From NCBI RefSeq assembly GCF_035084215.1, contig NC_090338.1:44392001-44456000 (forward strand): DNA of 64,000 nt, written 5' to 3'. The translations under genes were made by a program, and so were the position numbers. The notes under the pieces are model-generated. The model saw only the letters and a program-made list of their open reading frames with translations, was not told the DNA's origin and searched no databases. Below, piece by piece: positions 52,001 to 62,950 of the stretch. This DNA is from Heptranchias perlo. Lineage: Eukaryota. Every line of letters begins with the position of its first letter. The stretch's first letter is position 1.

Positions 52001-52936
52001 TACACAAAGTATTGATAGATTTTTGTTAACCAAAGATATTAAGGGATATGTGGCTAAGGCAGATATATGGAGTTAGGTCACAGATCAGCCATGATCTTAT
52101 TGAATGGCTGAACAGGCTCGAGGGGTAAAATGGCCTATTTGTGTTCGGATGTTCCTATGGAATCAGGCAGGAAGGTCTGAATACCACAGTCCTGATTCAG
52201 TGGTACTGAATGTTTTCGTTCTTTTGATGGCATGCGAATAGCATGTGTAGGCCTCAATATGACCCTAAAGTTTATGTAAATTGATGGTGATAAGTCCCAT
52301 CATTAATTCTCTGTGTTTTCTCACCTCTGAATTCTGTGTGCACTGTTCACCTGTTAAAAATTGGTTCTTGATGCTGTTCACTGTAGAATATCCATTCTGG
52401 GCTAGAACTGACTGATTTCTGGAAGTCTATTTGATGCATTTTTGACTTGGAATAGCGCTATTTCTGCATTATTGCTGGCAAAATAGATTTTTTTCCTGCT
52501 GTTTCATGCTAAATATTTGCCATACACGATTTCTGCTGCACAGATCTCCAACCATAGCATTGTTGCTGCTCCCAGCTGCAAACTTAACTCCAACCACATT
52601 GCTCAACATGGACATTTCATTGCACCATCCAAAGACTGTCATGGAATTGGAGGGGTTCATTCAGAGGGGAGAAAGGCAGATATATTTGCATCTCATTTGT
52701 TTTGGTGCTCATCTAGAAAAACCCAGGAAATATGTTTTCTGATCCAAACATACATTGTCACAGTTTTTGAGCATTTACTCTAGACATGCTCATGGGTTCA
52801 GTATCACCTTGTATTTCCTATGATGTGTACTTTTTTCTGCCCAATATCTGTATAATCAATAATATAGCCCAGAGATCACAATAAAGAACCCATACTCTGT
52901 ACGGCGGCTACTGAAATATAACACATGCCATTACAA

Positions 52937-54200
52937 AATCAACAACAACTTGCATTTATATAACGCCTTAATGTAGTAAAACATCCCAAGGCACTTCACA
53001 TGAGCATTATTAAACAAAATTTGACACCGAGCCACATAATAAGATATTAGGATAGGTGACCAGATTGGTCAAAGAGGTAGGTTTTAAGAAGTGTCTTTAA
53101 GGAGGAAAGAGAGGTAGAGAGGCGGAGGTTTAGGGAAGGAATTCCAGAGCTTAGGGCCTAGGCAGCTGAAGGCACAGCCGCCAATGATGTAATGATTAAA
53201 ATCGGGGATGCGCAAGAGGCCAGAATTGGAGGAGCGCAGAGATCTCGGAGAGTTGTGGGGCCGGAGGAGGTTACAGAGAAAGGGAGGGGCGAGGCCATGG
53301 AGGGATTTGAAAACAAGGATGAGAATTTCAAAATCGAGGCAATCTCGGACTGGGAGCCAATGTAGGTCAGCGGCTACTGAAATATGACACATGCCATTAC
53401 AACAACAAACAACAACAACAACATTCATGTGAGTTAGGATAAGGGCAGCAGAGCTTTGAGCTCAAGTTTATGAAGGGTGGAAGATGGGAGAGCAACCAGG
53501 AGACCATTGGAATAGTCAAGTCTAGAAGTAACAAAGGCATGGATGATGGTTTCAGCAGCAGATGAGCTGAGGCAAGGGCGGAGATGGGTGATGAAACAGA
53601 GGTGGAAGTAGGCAGTCTTGGTGATGGAGTGGATTTGTGGTCGGAAGTTCATCTCAGGGTCAAATAGGACACCAAGGTTGCGTACGGTCTGGTTCAGCCT
53701 CAGACAGGCCAGGGAGAGGGATGGAGTCGGTAGCTAGGGAACAGAGTTTGCGGCGGGGACCAAAGACAATGGCTTCGGTCTTTCCAATATTTAGTTGGAG
53801 GAAATTTTTGTTTATCCAGTACTGGATGTTGGACAAGCAGTGTGGCGAATCAGTGACAGTGGAAGGGTCGAGAGAGTTGGCAGTGAGGTGGGTGTCATCG
53901 GCATACATGTGGAATCTGACGTTGTGTTTTCAGATGATGTCACCGAGGGGCAGCATGTAGCTGAGAAATAGGAGGGAGCCAAGGATAGATCCTTAGGGGA
54001 CTCCAGAGGTAACGGTGCGGGAGCGGGAAGAGAAGCCATTGCAGATAATTCTCTGGCTACGATTGAATAGATAAGAATGGAACCAGGCGAGCGCAGTCCC
54101 ACCCAGCTGGATGATAGAGGAGAGGCGTTGGAGGAGGATAATGTGGTCAACTGTGTGAAAGGCTGCAGACAGGATGAGAAGGATAAGGAGGGATAGTCCT
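52937..54200 (-). mobile_element. L2 LINE 3' part
   Basis: LSAAFHTVDH, SGVP, YADDT, FVTSRLDYSN, LHWLPV; L2 tail. Confidence 0.85.
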
Positions 54201-55034
54201 ATTTGACCCTGAGATGATGAGGGATAGTTTACCACGGTCACACATGAATTCTCCTGTCTTTTTGGAAGGTGGACTGAATAAGGACTCTATTGAGGCAAGA
54301 AACAGGCTTCAAACCAATATTTACATAAAATACATAAAAAAACAGTATACAGTTTGACACAATGGAAATATACATTCTCTACACTCCTCGATTTATAAAA
54401 TCAATTAAATGTAACTTGCTTTCTTTCCAAATATAGGTTCTAAGAAGACTACAATTTTAGGTTAACCCTTCGAAGTTAAGTTGGTTCAGGCTTTAAAATA
54501 TAGTCAGCCTTTTTCTGCTGACTACAAAATCACAGATAACTCTGACTGAGAGAGACTGACATCTGTCTCAGATCAATACCCCTTTAAAATAATTAGTTCT
54601 GGTCCCTAGCCACCGAGTTGTCAATCATGAAGGGCTCCAGAACAGGACCTCTCCATAGAATTGTAGGTAGCCAATACACTTCTCATGATTTAATTAAACC
54701 AAAATGGCTATTCACTGATATTGAATTAAAGCAATCTTTATTGATGGCTTCAGATGCTGTCAATGAATGTCACCATTCCAGCTGACTGACCCCTGTATTG
54801 TTCACAGCTTAAATAACTTGTATAAGTAAGCAGTATGAATGCTATGTCCAACTAATTAACACTTCAGATCACTATTGTGTGACCCTAAATAAATTTGCAT
54901 CTTGAGGGGTATAAGAACATGAGATGATAAGAAATAGGAGCAGGAGTAGACCGTACGGCCCCTCGAGCCTGCTCTGCCATTCAATAAGATCATGGCTGAT
55001 CTTTGATCTCAACTCCACTTTCCCGCACAATCCC

Positions 55035-55490
55035 TATATAATGGTATGGTAGTGCTATTAGACTAGTAATCCAGAGAAGAGGATTTCATAATCCCACCAT
55101 AGCAGTTTGACAATTTGAATTCAGTTTTAAAAAAATTTGGACACATAAAGTTGATATCAGTAAAAGTGACCTTGAAGCTGTCAGATTGTCATTAAAACCC
55201 AACTGGTTTACTAATGTCCTTTAGGGAAGGAAACCTGCCATCATTACCTGGTCTGGCCTATATGTGACTCCAGCAAAGTGGTTGACTCTTAATTGCCCTC
55301 TGAAGTGGCCTCGCAAGCCTTTTAGTTGTGTCAAACCATTAAATACCATTGTGGGAACACCATCACCACAAAGACTGCAGTGGTTCAAGGAGAAGGCTCA
55401 CCACCACTTTCTCAGGGCAACCAGGGATTGGCAATAAATGCCGCCCTTGCCAGCAATGCCCACATCCTGAGAGTGAATTTAAAAAAAAAA
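55035..55490 (+). mobile_element. tRNA-derived SINE sharing its 3' tail with family B LINE
   Basis: tRNA-like head, central GTCCTTTAGGGAAGGAAA..GACTCC core, then GCAGTGGTTCAAG..GGCAATAAATGC..GCCCACATCC tail as in 3420-3530; related copy at ~20360-20650(-). Confidence 0.65.
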
Positions 55491-56117
55491 GAAAATTGTT
55501 ATGGACAAATAGACCACTTTCAGGCTTCTGGCTCAATGTTAAAGAAGATGCTGTGTGCAGCCTTGGGAGTTAACCCCTTACATGCTGAATCTATCAGTAC
55601 AGAATTATTAAAAATCAAACAAAGGCAACTGGTGCCTCTGTTGAGGAATGCATGATGGATGTCCATCATGAATAGCCAGCTTCCTGTTCATCCCTTTGTT
55701 TGATTTTTAATAATTCTGTACTGATAGATTCAGCATGTAAGGGGTTAACTCCCAAGGCTGCACACAGCATCTTCTTTAACATTGAGCCAGAAGCCTGAAA
55801 GTGGTCTATTTGTCCATAACAATTTTCTTTTTTTTTAAATTCACTCTCAAGATGTGGGCATTGCTGGCAAGGGTGGCATTTATTGCCAATCCCTGGTTGC
55901 CCTGAGAAGGTGGTGGTGAGCCTTCTCCTTGAACCACTGCAGTCTTTGTGGTGATGGTGCTCCCACAATGGTATTTAATGGTTTGACACAACTAAATGGC
56001 TTGCGAGGCCACTTCAGAGGGCAATTGAGAGTCAACCACTTTGCTGGAGTCACATATAGGCCAGACCAGGTAATGATGGCAGGTTTCCTTCCCTAAAGGA
56101 CATTAGTAAACCAGTTG
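55200..56117. repeat. Long inverted repeat (~425-bp arms, 67-bp spacer)
   Basis: 55200-55625 is the reverse complement of 55693-56117 with only about six substitutions and an A-tract length difference. Confidence 0.95.
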
Positions 56118-57025
56118 TTCTGAGGAACTTGCTCTCCAAATCACTGGGGTGGAGGACATAGCAAAGAAGAGCTTGGTGGCTTCATGACAGCCCAAAGAGC
56201 TAACTGTTTTCTTCAAAATCTGCTTCTTGCAAGGACTTCAAATCCATTCAGTGAGCAATGCATGACACATCTGCTACTGAGCTGCATGGCACTGTACTGG
56301 CTGTGCCATTGCATGCACATCCATTTGCCCCACACATCATGGTAACACATGTTCCGTTTCTCTTTGTGTCAGGGCTCATAAGATGTGGAAGAGGTCGTGG
56401 CTGACTGAACTGCCACTAGCGACGATTCTCTCTTGATGGTCGTGGGTATTTTCTCCTTTAAAAACATATGAACATATGAAAAATGACAGGAAAAGGCCAG
56501 CTGGTCCATTGAGCCTGTCCCATCTCGGCATGGTGTAACTTCTAGATACCATCAACCCTCCCACCTCCCATACCTCACACAATTATCCAATCTCCAGGGA
56601 AAGGCAAAAAAAGAGAAAAAAACTTTAGGAAAAAACTCTGAAAATTTCCTCTCCAGCCTCTGATGATGATCAAGCAAGCCGCAAGAGACCACAGTGACTG
56701 GGTGACAAAACCCCCAATAACCAAACTACCTTCTATTTGGAGATACTTTAGCCACTCTCAGGAACCCATCCAGCTTCCTTTGAATGCTTGCAGTGAATCT
56801 GCACATGCCTGCAATTTATTCCAGAGATCGACAATTCTCAGCGAAAGAAGTACCTCCTTGAATCCAAACCAGTCCTATGCTTTTGTAACTTACACTTATT
56901 TCACCTGGTCCTTCCTAACCTATCTGGTTCAAATAGCCTATCCACTTAGACTGAGTCTCATACTTTCATTATTTTAAAGAACTCATTACTATCTCTTCAA
57001 ATTCTATGCTTTTTCAAAATAAAAA

Positions 57026-57245
57026 TGATGTGGAGATGCCGGTGGTGGACTGGGTTGACAAATGTAAGGAATCTTACAACACCAGGTTATAGTCCAACTG
57101 TTTTATTTGAAAATCACGAGCTTTCCGAGGCTTTCTCCTTCGTCAGGTGACACTCACCTGACGAAGGAGAAAGCCTCCGAAAGCTTGTGATTTTCAAATA
57201 AAACAGTTGGACTATAACCTGGTGTTGTAAGATTCCTTACATTTG
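57026..57245 (-). mobile_element. PLE-derived fold-back mini-element, second subfamily, two hammerhead motifs
   Basis: ~95-bp arms around a CAC loop (57151-57153); TSD TCAAAATAAAAA (57014-57025, 57246-57257); core CTGACGA. Confidence 0.88.
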
Positions 57246-58654
57246 TCAAAATAAAAAGCCCAGGCTTTCTAAGCCAATCCCAGTAACCAAGGACCATAAA
57301 TACAGTGTCAGCTTTGGCTCAGTGGGTAGCACTATTGCCTCTAAGTCAGAAGGTTGTGGGTTTCATAACTATTATGATTTGTTGATGGTCCCTGATCATG
57401 CTGTGAGGGTATTGTAAAAGTCAATAAGGTGTTAGGATGATTACCAAGACAATTAAGGATACAAAACCACACAGCTGGAAATCTGAAATAAAAACAAGGA
57501 ATCATGCAAACAAAAATAGATGCTTTCTGCTTTCAGCATGAGGATGCAACATGAGATGTACCCCAATGATCAGCCCACATTATGCATGAAAGATGACTAC
57601 AGGGCATGCAAGTGGTTTGAGCAGCCACATTTTAACCAACTCTACATTAGCAATTCTCTTCAGTCTCAAAAATGGCCATGACCCTCTGCTTCACCTTCTC
57701 CAGCAGCACATCCACACTTTATTCGTTGAAGGGGGCAATTCTACTATTTGCTCCAGACATCTTCTTTACAGCAGTACGCCAGAACACTTGGGTTCAATGA
57801 AAATTGACCAACACCTTTTTAACACCAACAACAGCTCTTTAAGAGCTGCCACAGTCCTCAGTCTTCTGCCCCCACCTGCTGCCATAGAGCTCCCTGCACA
57901 CAAAGGAAAACATGCAGGAAGTATGTTTAAGAATTTAAATTAGGTGACTTCGTCAAATCTGGTGAGTTCTGCAGATTACTCTGTGAGTATGGGAGGGTAC
58001 ATCAGCTCTGTAATTTCGCCCTAATTGGGAATAGACCCTCATATCTCTTTCCCTTGGGTACTCTGCAGCCCTCTTGTCTGAACATTGTTTTTAGCAACTT
58101 CAGACCTTTCTTGTCTCCCCATTTTTTCCTGTTGTTTTCATCCACATTCCACATCTTCGTCCAACATTTTGTTTTCTTTTCCCTTGTTCCTTTCTTGACA
58201 TTTTAGCACCTTCCCTTAGCATTTTTACATCCCTTTGTTCTTTTAATGTATTTCACTGCCTCACTCTGATGTTTATGTATCACCTACCAATTTTTCACTT
58301 CTTTCCAGCTTTTTTAAAACCAATTCATAATTATTACACCCATTAACAGCCTTTTTGTGAAAGGAGTAAACATATCTGACTCCTGACTTTTACCCATTGT
58401 TCACGCCCCCTCCCCACATTGTTCAATTTTATAAAATGGTTTGCTTAACTTCCAGTTTCCAATTTTGATGAAAGATCTACATGTAAAGCGTTATGCTATC
58501 TCTTCCTTCGGTTGCTGATAAACATTCTGTGTAATTCTTAACAATTTCTGCTTTTGTTTCAGTTGTCTAGTATTTGCAGTCTTTCCATTCTTGCTCCTGA
58601 TCAATATCCAATAACTGCTGTTGGGAGTATTCTGGCAGTAATGTGTTTTGAGTA

Positions 58655-58766
58655 TGATGTGGAGATGCCGGTGATGGACTGGGGTTGACAATTGTAAACA
58701 ATTTTACAACACCAAGTTATAGTCCAATTGCTGGACTATAACTTGGTGTTGTAAAATTGTTTACAA
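58655..58766 (-). mobile_element. PLE-derived fold-back mini-element lacking the ribozyme
   Basis: Tail plus ~35-bp inverted arms; TSD GTGTTTTGAGTA (58643-58654, 58767-58778). Confidence 0.88.
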
Positions 58767-59089
58767 GTGTTTTGAGTAAGAGGTGGTGACCCATGTCAGA
58801 AAGCTGTGTGAACGTCGGGTGAGAACAGATGTGATGTCCTTCGTGATCAAATATCCTGCCAACATCTGCCTGTGTGGGACGACAGTTGGGTGAGGGACTG
58901 GAGGGGCTGTTGGTGACCAATCGAACAATTCTGCAGTGTGAGTTAGTGCCTTCAAGAGGGGAGAATTACACGACAAACAGGGTGGGAGGAACAAAAACAC
59001 AATACTGCGGATACTGGAAATCTGAAATAAAAAACCCCAGAGATATGCCGCAAACACTCAGCGGGTCAGGGTGAAGGGAATACGCTGGG

Positions 59090-60130
59090 ATCAGCGCGAG
59101 CCAATCCCTATCTCCCAGTCGGTGACACCACTGCACCGCCCATGGTAAACAGCGCCGGTGCGCATGCGTTGCCAGTCTATCCGCTCGAACGAGTCCGAAT
59201 GCCGGTGACGTCACAATCTCGCGATAAGGCGGCAGAGCGGAGGAGGGGGAGGGAGAGAGTCTGGGCGACACTGTTTATGGCTCCTTGTCCTTTCTGTTCA
59301 CCGGCTCTCACTTTTACTAGCACCGTATTCAGCTGGAAGGGAAAGAATACGCCGCCGCGGTTTATTAATTAAATGTGTTTTTAACAAAAAAATAACAGAT
59401 AACGGAAGGGCCGAACTATTTAAATTCATAAACGTTCTCAAGCAGGATTCCAAATCACCAGGCGCGCGCTGGCCTCGCGAGTTCTAAATGACGCGTTCGA
59501 CGTCTCTCGTTTCCATAGAAGTCGGGGTTCGGACCCAAGCCTCCGTCTGATTGGATGGTTTTGGGGCTCGCGGCTCCGAGTGGGCGGGACCGTTAGAGTC
59601 ACAGCCTGGGCGGAGGAGGAGGAGGAGGAGGGCCGCTATATACTGTCCCGGGCATCGGCACTCAGCTCAGCGCACCCCCTTCCCTCTCTCCCCTCCTCCG
59701 GGACCCTGAGCTCTTAACACCGGCACCTTTTAAAGTCCCCCAGTCTCTTCCCCCCCCCCCCACCCCACATACACACTGACTTGCGGCGGGTGAGGTGATG
59801 GCGGAATCCAGTCGGCCCTGAACCCCCTCTTCCCCCACCCCACCCCGGGCTCCGTTTCGAGGTGCAGCCCGTGATCACTTTCTTTCCCCCCCACCCACCC
59901 CGGATCCGCTACAACATGCTTCAGTGTACGCCGCTCCACGCCGGGGGCGGCCCGCACCGCGCATTGCTGCCGTAGGACCGCGCTTCAGCCGCTCACCCGG
60001 ACCAGACCGTAAGTGCATCTTCGATGCTCCGCGTCTTAAACCGTTCAGTGCGACTCCCGTATCCAACCGGGGCCTGGTGGGTTTGTAAATTGCAGAGTGC
60101 AGCGACCCGCGACTGCTGCAGTATGTAGAG
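59090..60130 (+). promoter_or_regulatory. KIAA1191 CpG-island promoter and probable non-coding exon 1 (to donor at 60009)
   Basis: CpG-dense; NRF1-like TGCGCATGCG 59159, CRE TGACGTCA 59206, inverted CCAAT 59550, GC boxes, TATATA 59637, GTAAGT donor at 60009. Confidence 0.75.
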
Positions 60131-60283
60131 AGAGAGAGAGGGGGAAAGGGAGGGAGGATGCTGCTTGCTTCCTTTCGAAGGGAGGATTTAGTGTTTCTTG
60201 TATTTTTTTCTTTAACAGGTGGAGGAATCTAAAGAATTTTCACTGTTTCCTTCTGGAGAAACTGTAGCAGTAACACAGCAATT

Positions 60284-60311
60284 ATGGCTTCAAATGAACA
60301 TAACGTTGCTG
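60284..60311 (+). CDS. KIAA1191: KIAA1191 (p33MONOX) first coding segment; exon starts at 60219
   Basis: TTTAACAG acceptor at 60218; ATG GCT TCA.. MASNEHNVA(A); G|GTAATT donor, phase 1 fits the next exon. Confidence 0.75.
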
Positions 60312-60687
60312 GTAATTTAGGCTCGTTTCTGTTTTGCTTTGTTCCCACCTCTTGTAGTGCCTTTAAAGGCAACAGAAACCCATCCGGTTTTCCTGCAGTT
60401 GTTCTCGCGGATTGTTCGCTACCCATCGGTTTTTAAGGCTAAATTGGCTATGCAATAATGCAGTTTCAAATGTGCATTAAGTTGAATTGTCAAATTATTT
60501 TCAGCAGTACAACTTCAAATTTGTTTCAATTGCGGTTGACCGTGGTTTTATTTATCTATCTATCGATGATTTGACGTAACTGATTATAATTCGTATTAAT
60601 TGTAGTATCAATAAATAGAATCCAATATAACAGTCTTTGACGCTTGTACACAAGTAAACTTAAATGTATTGTCCCTGTATGTTGCAG

Positions 60688-60875
60688 CCATCGAACATTC
60701 TTCGAGCTTATTAGGAAAGATGTCCCTACCAATAGGGATGCACCGTAGGGCGTTCAGTTATGATGATGCCTTGGAAGATTTAACGCCAATGACTCCTCCA
60801 CCTTCTGATATGGGAAGCAATATATTGTGGAAACAACCCGTTATCTCAGAGCGGAAATACCAGCAATTGTCTATG
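60688..60875 (+). CDS. KIAA1191: KIAA1191 coding exon 2
   Basis: IEHSSSLLGKMSLPIGMHRRAFSYDDALEDLTPMTPPPSDMGSNILWKQPVISERKYQQLSM matches the KIAA1191 LGKMSLPIG..RRA.SYDD..ED..PMTPPPSDMGS motif; TTGCAG / GTATAC boundaries. Confidence 0.92.
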
Positions 60876-60943
60876 GTATACTTCTATTTGTAATATAAGA
60901 ATTGCAGTAAGATTCGTATGTCCTCACTTCTATAAAATATAAC

Positions 60944-61182
60944 TAAACAATTTTACAACACCAAGTTATAGTCCAGCATTTTTATTTTAAATTCACAAGC
61001 TTTCGGAGGCTTCCTCCTTCCTCAGGTGAACGTTGTTGGAAACGTTCCAACAACGTTCACCTGAGGAAGGAGGAAGCCTCCGAAAGCTTGTGAATTTAAA
61101 ATAAAAATGCTGGACTATAACTTGGTGTTGTAAAATTGTTTACAATTGTCAACCCCAGTCCATCACCGGCATCTCCACATCA
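60944..61182 (+). mobile_element. PLE-derived fold-back mini-element with two hammerhead motifs in a KIAA1191 intron
   Basis: Perfect ~98-bp arms (60944-61041 / 61045-61142) plus 40-nt tail; TSD TAAAATATAAC (60933-60943, 61183-61193); hammerheads at 60992-61030(-) and 61056-61094(+). Confidence 0.9.
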
Positions 61183-62829
61183 TAAAATATAACATTTGCA
61201 GTTGAATGCAATAGTGTGCTTTCAGTTTGTTCTCCCATCTTTTTTATTTTTGAAAAGCAGTTTTTCAATTTTCACCAACAGTGTTATGTTGACCCCTATT
61301 TCAGATTGCTGATTATGGACAGATGATCGGCACTCATGAAAATTATTTTGCTGCAAATGACTCTTCAGTTGCTTTTGTTGTAGTTTTTGATTCAAGAGTT
61401 TAATATGTGGTATGAGTTTCTTTGTGTATTCTGCTAATATTGTTAAGTAAGAAAGCACAGAGAACATAAGAAATGTACAGATAATTACTCTTGGAATGGA
61501 AAATGTGCCATTTTGAAAGCTCCATTGAATAGCTGTTGTACTCAAATGGTTAAAACAAGAGGAGAATGAACATGAATTTGATTTTTTTTCATTTAAGTCT
61601 ATCTTCTTTCAAGTTAAACACAAATTTAAGCTTTCTTTTAACCCTGCCAAGTTTAGACCTAAAAAAACGTTACATTTGAAACATTCCCTCCTGATTCTAA
61701 CTCTGGCTTCTGCCATTTCCATGTTATACCAGTAGGTGGTTTATTTAATAGTGGTCTGAAAAATGGCTCCAGAAAGATCTTTGATTGCTATGCTGCCTAC
61801 CAAGCAGAATTTATGTATACCAGCTGACAATTTGGTCATGATCAACATACTCTGTTGCTGTGACAGTGAAAGTTCTAGTCCCTGGTATGGCATGCATCCA
61901 TTGCAAGTAGAAACTTCCAGTTTGAGATTGCATTTCTTGCAAACGTAAATCCTGAAACTCGTGGTTATCGGCATATGGTATGTTCAACTTATAAATGGTA
62001 CTTTAAGTTAACTGTAGAACATCATGCAGTGCTGCTAACTTGAGGTTACTTCATTGGCTGTAAAGCACTTTTGGGATGTCCTGAGATTGTGATGGGGATA
62101 TATAAATGCAAGTCTTTTTAGGTTGAAAATGTTTACAAATAGTAAACTTATTTCACAGGATTGTTACTTCAGTGATGTTCAGACCAAATGATCTGAATGG
62201 TTGTAAAAGCTGAGACCTGGGTGATTTGGGAATGTATAATTCTACTTCAGATGCTAACTGATGATTCAGTCAGTATTTGTCTATGGCAGGTTATTGGACC
62301 AATCTTGTTTTGGAACTATTTCACATTGAAGTATTTTCTATCCTTTTATAGTACAATTTTCTTTACCAGATTAGGCCTTTAATTAACCCATATGTGAAGG
62401 AGACCTAAGATATTGCTTGAATTGTTCAACCCGTTTGTAACTACTTAAATATAACTCAATTAAGGTGCATTTAAATGTATGGAAGTTAACACTCTTATAT
62501 TTGGAAGAGGAACAAATAACATTTGAGCCAATTATGTTTTAATCAATGACATAACTGGATACATAAACAGTAGTAATGTATAGATTTGCATAGTAAATTA
62601 TGTATAAAATTTTGTAAAGTGCTAGCAATTCATGCAAAATCATATACCAACCAGATATAGTTTTGAAATTTGAGTTATACCTGCTGTTTACATAAGTGCT
62701 AATTTTGTGTTGTAAAAAAATTGCACAAACATTTGTAGATGCAGGATTTCTGACTTGCAAAGCAAAAGAATTGCATTGTCTCTGTATTCTGGGAGAAACG
62801 TTTCACTTCTTCACCGTCTTTTACTCTAG

Positions 62830-62950
62830 GTGGAAGATGGAGAAAATGGTGTTCCGTCTTCAATTATAGCTCAATCAGCAGAAAGACTGAGCAAAGTCAA
62901 TGTGGTGAAAGCTAAAGCAACTTCTGTCATTATGAACTCGCTTATGACAA
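62830..62950 (+). CDS. KIAA1191: KIAA1191 coding exon 3 (gene continues beyond window)
   Basis: VEDGENGVPSSIIAQSAERLSKVNVVKAKATSVIMNSLMT, with the conserved VVKAKATxVIMNSL motif; CTCTAG acceptor, A|GTAAGA donor. Confidence 0.9.

Noticed and set aside
52320-52740. Exon-like minus-strand segment with acceptor and donor-like sites
   Set aside because: All three frames hit stops and no recognisable protein motif is present; cannot be supported without transcripts.
55326-55991. Pairs of near-identical ORFs on opposite strands
   Set aside because: By-products of the long inverted repeat in SINE-derived sequence; no coding signature.
57308-57362. tRNA-like sequence (also ~17165, 20650, 24345, 47305)
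   Set aside because: A-box-like SINE heads without a complete cloverleaf; not tRNA genes.
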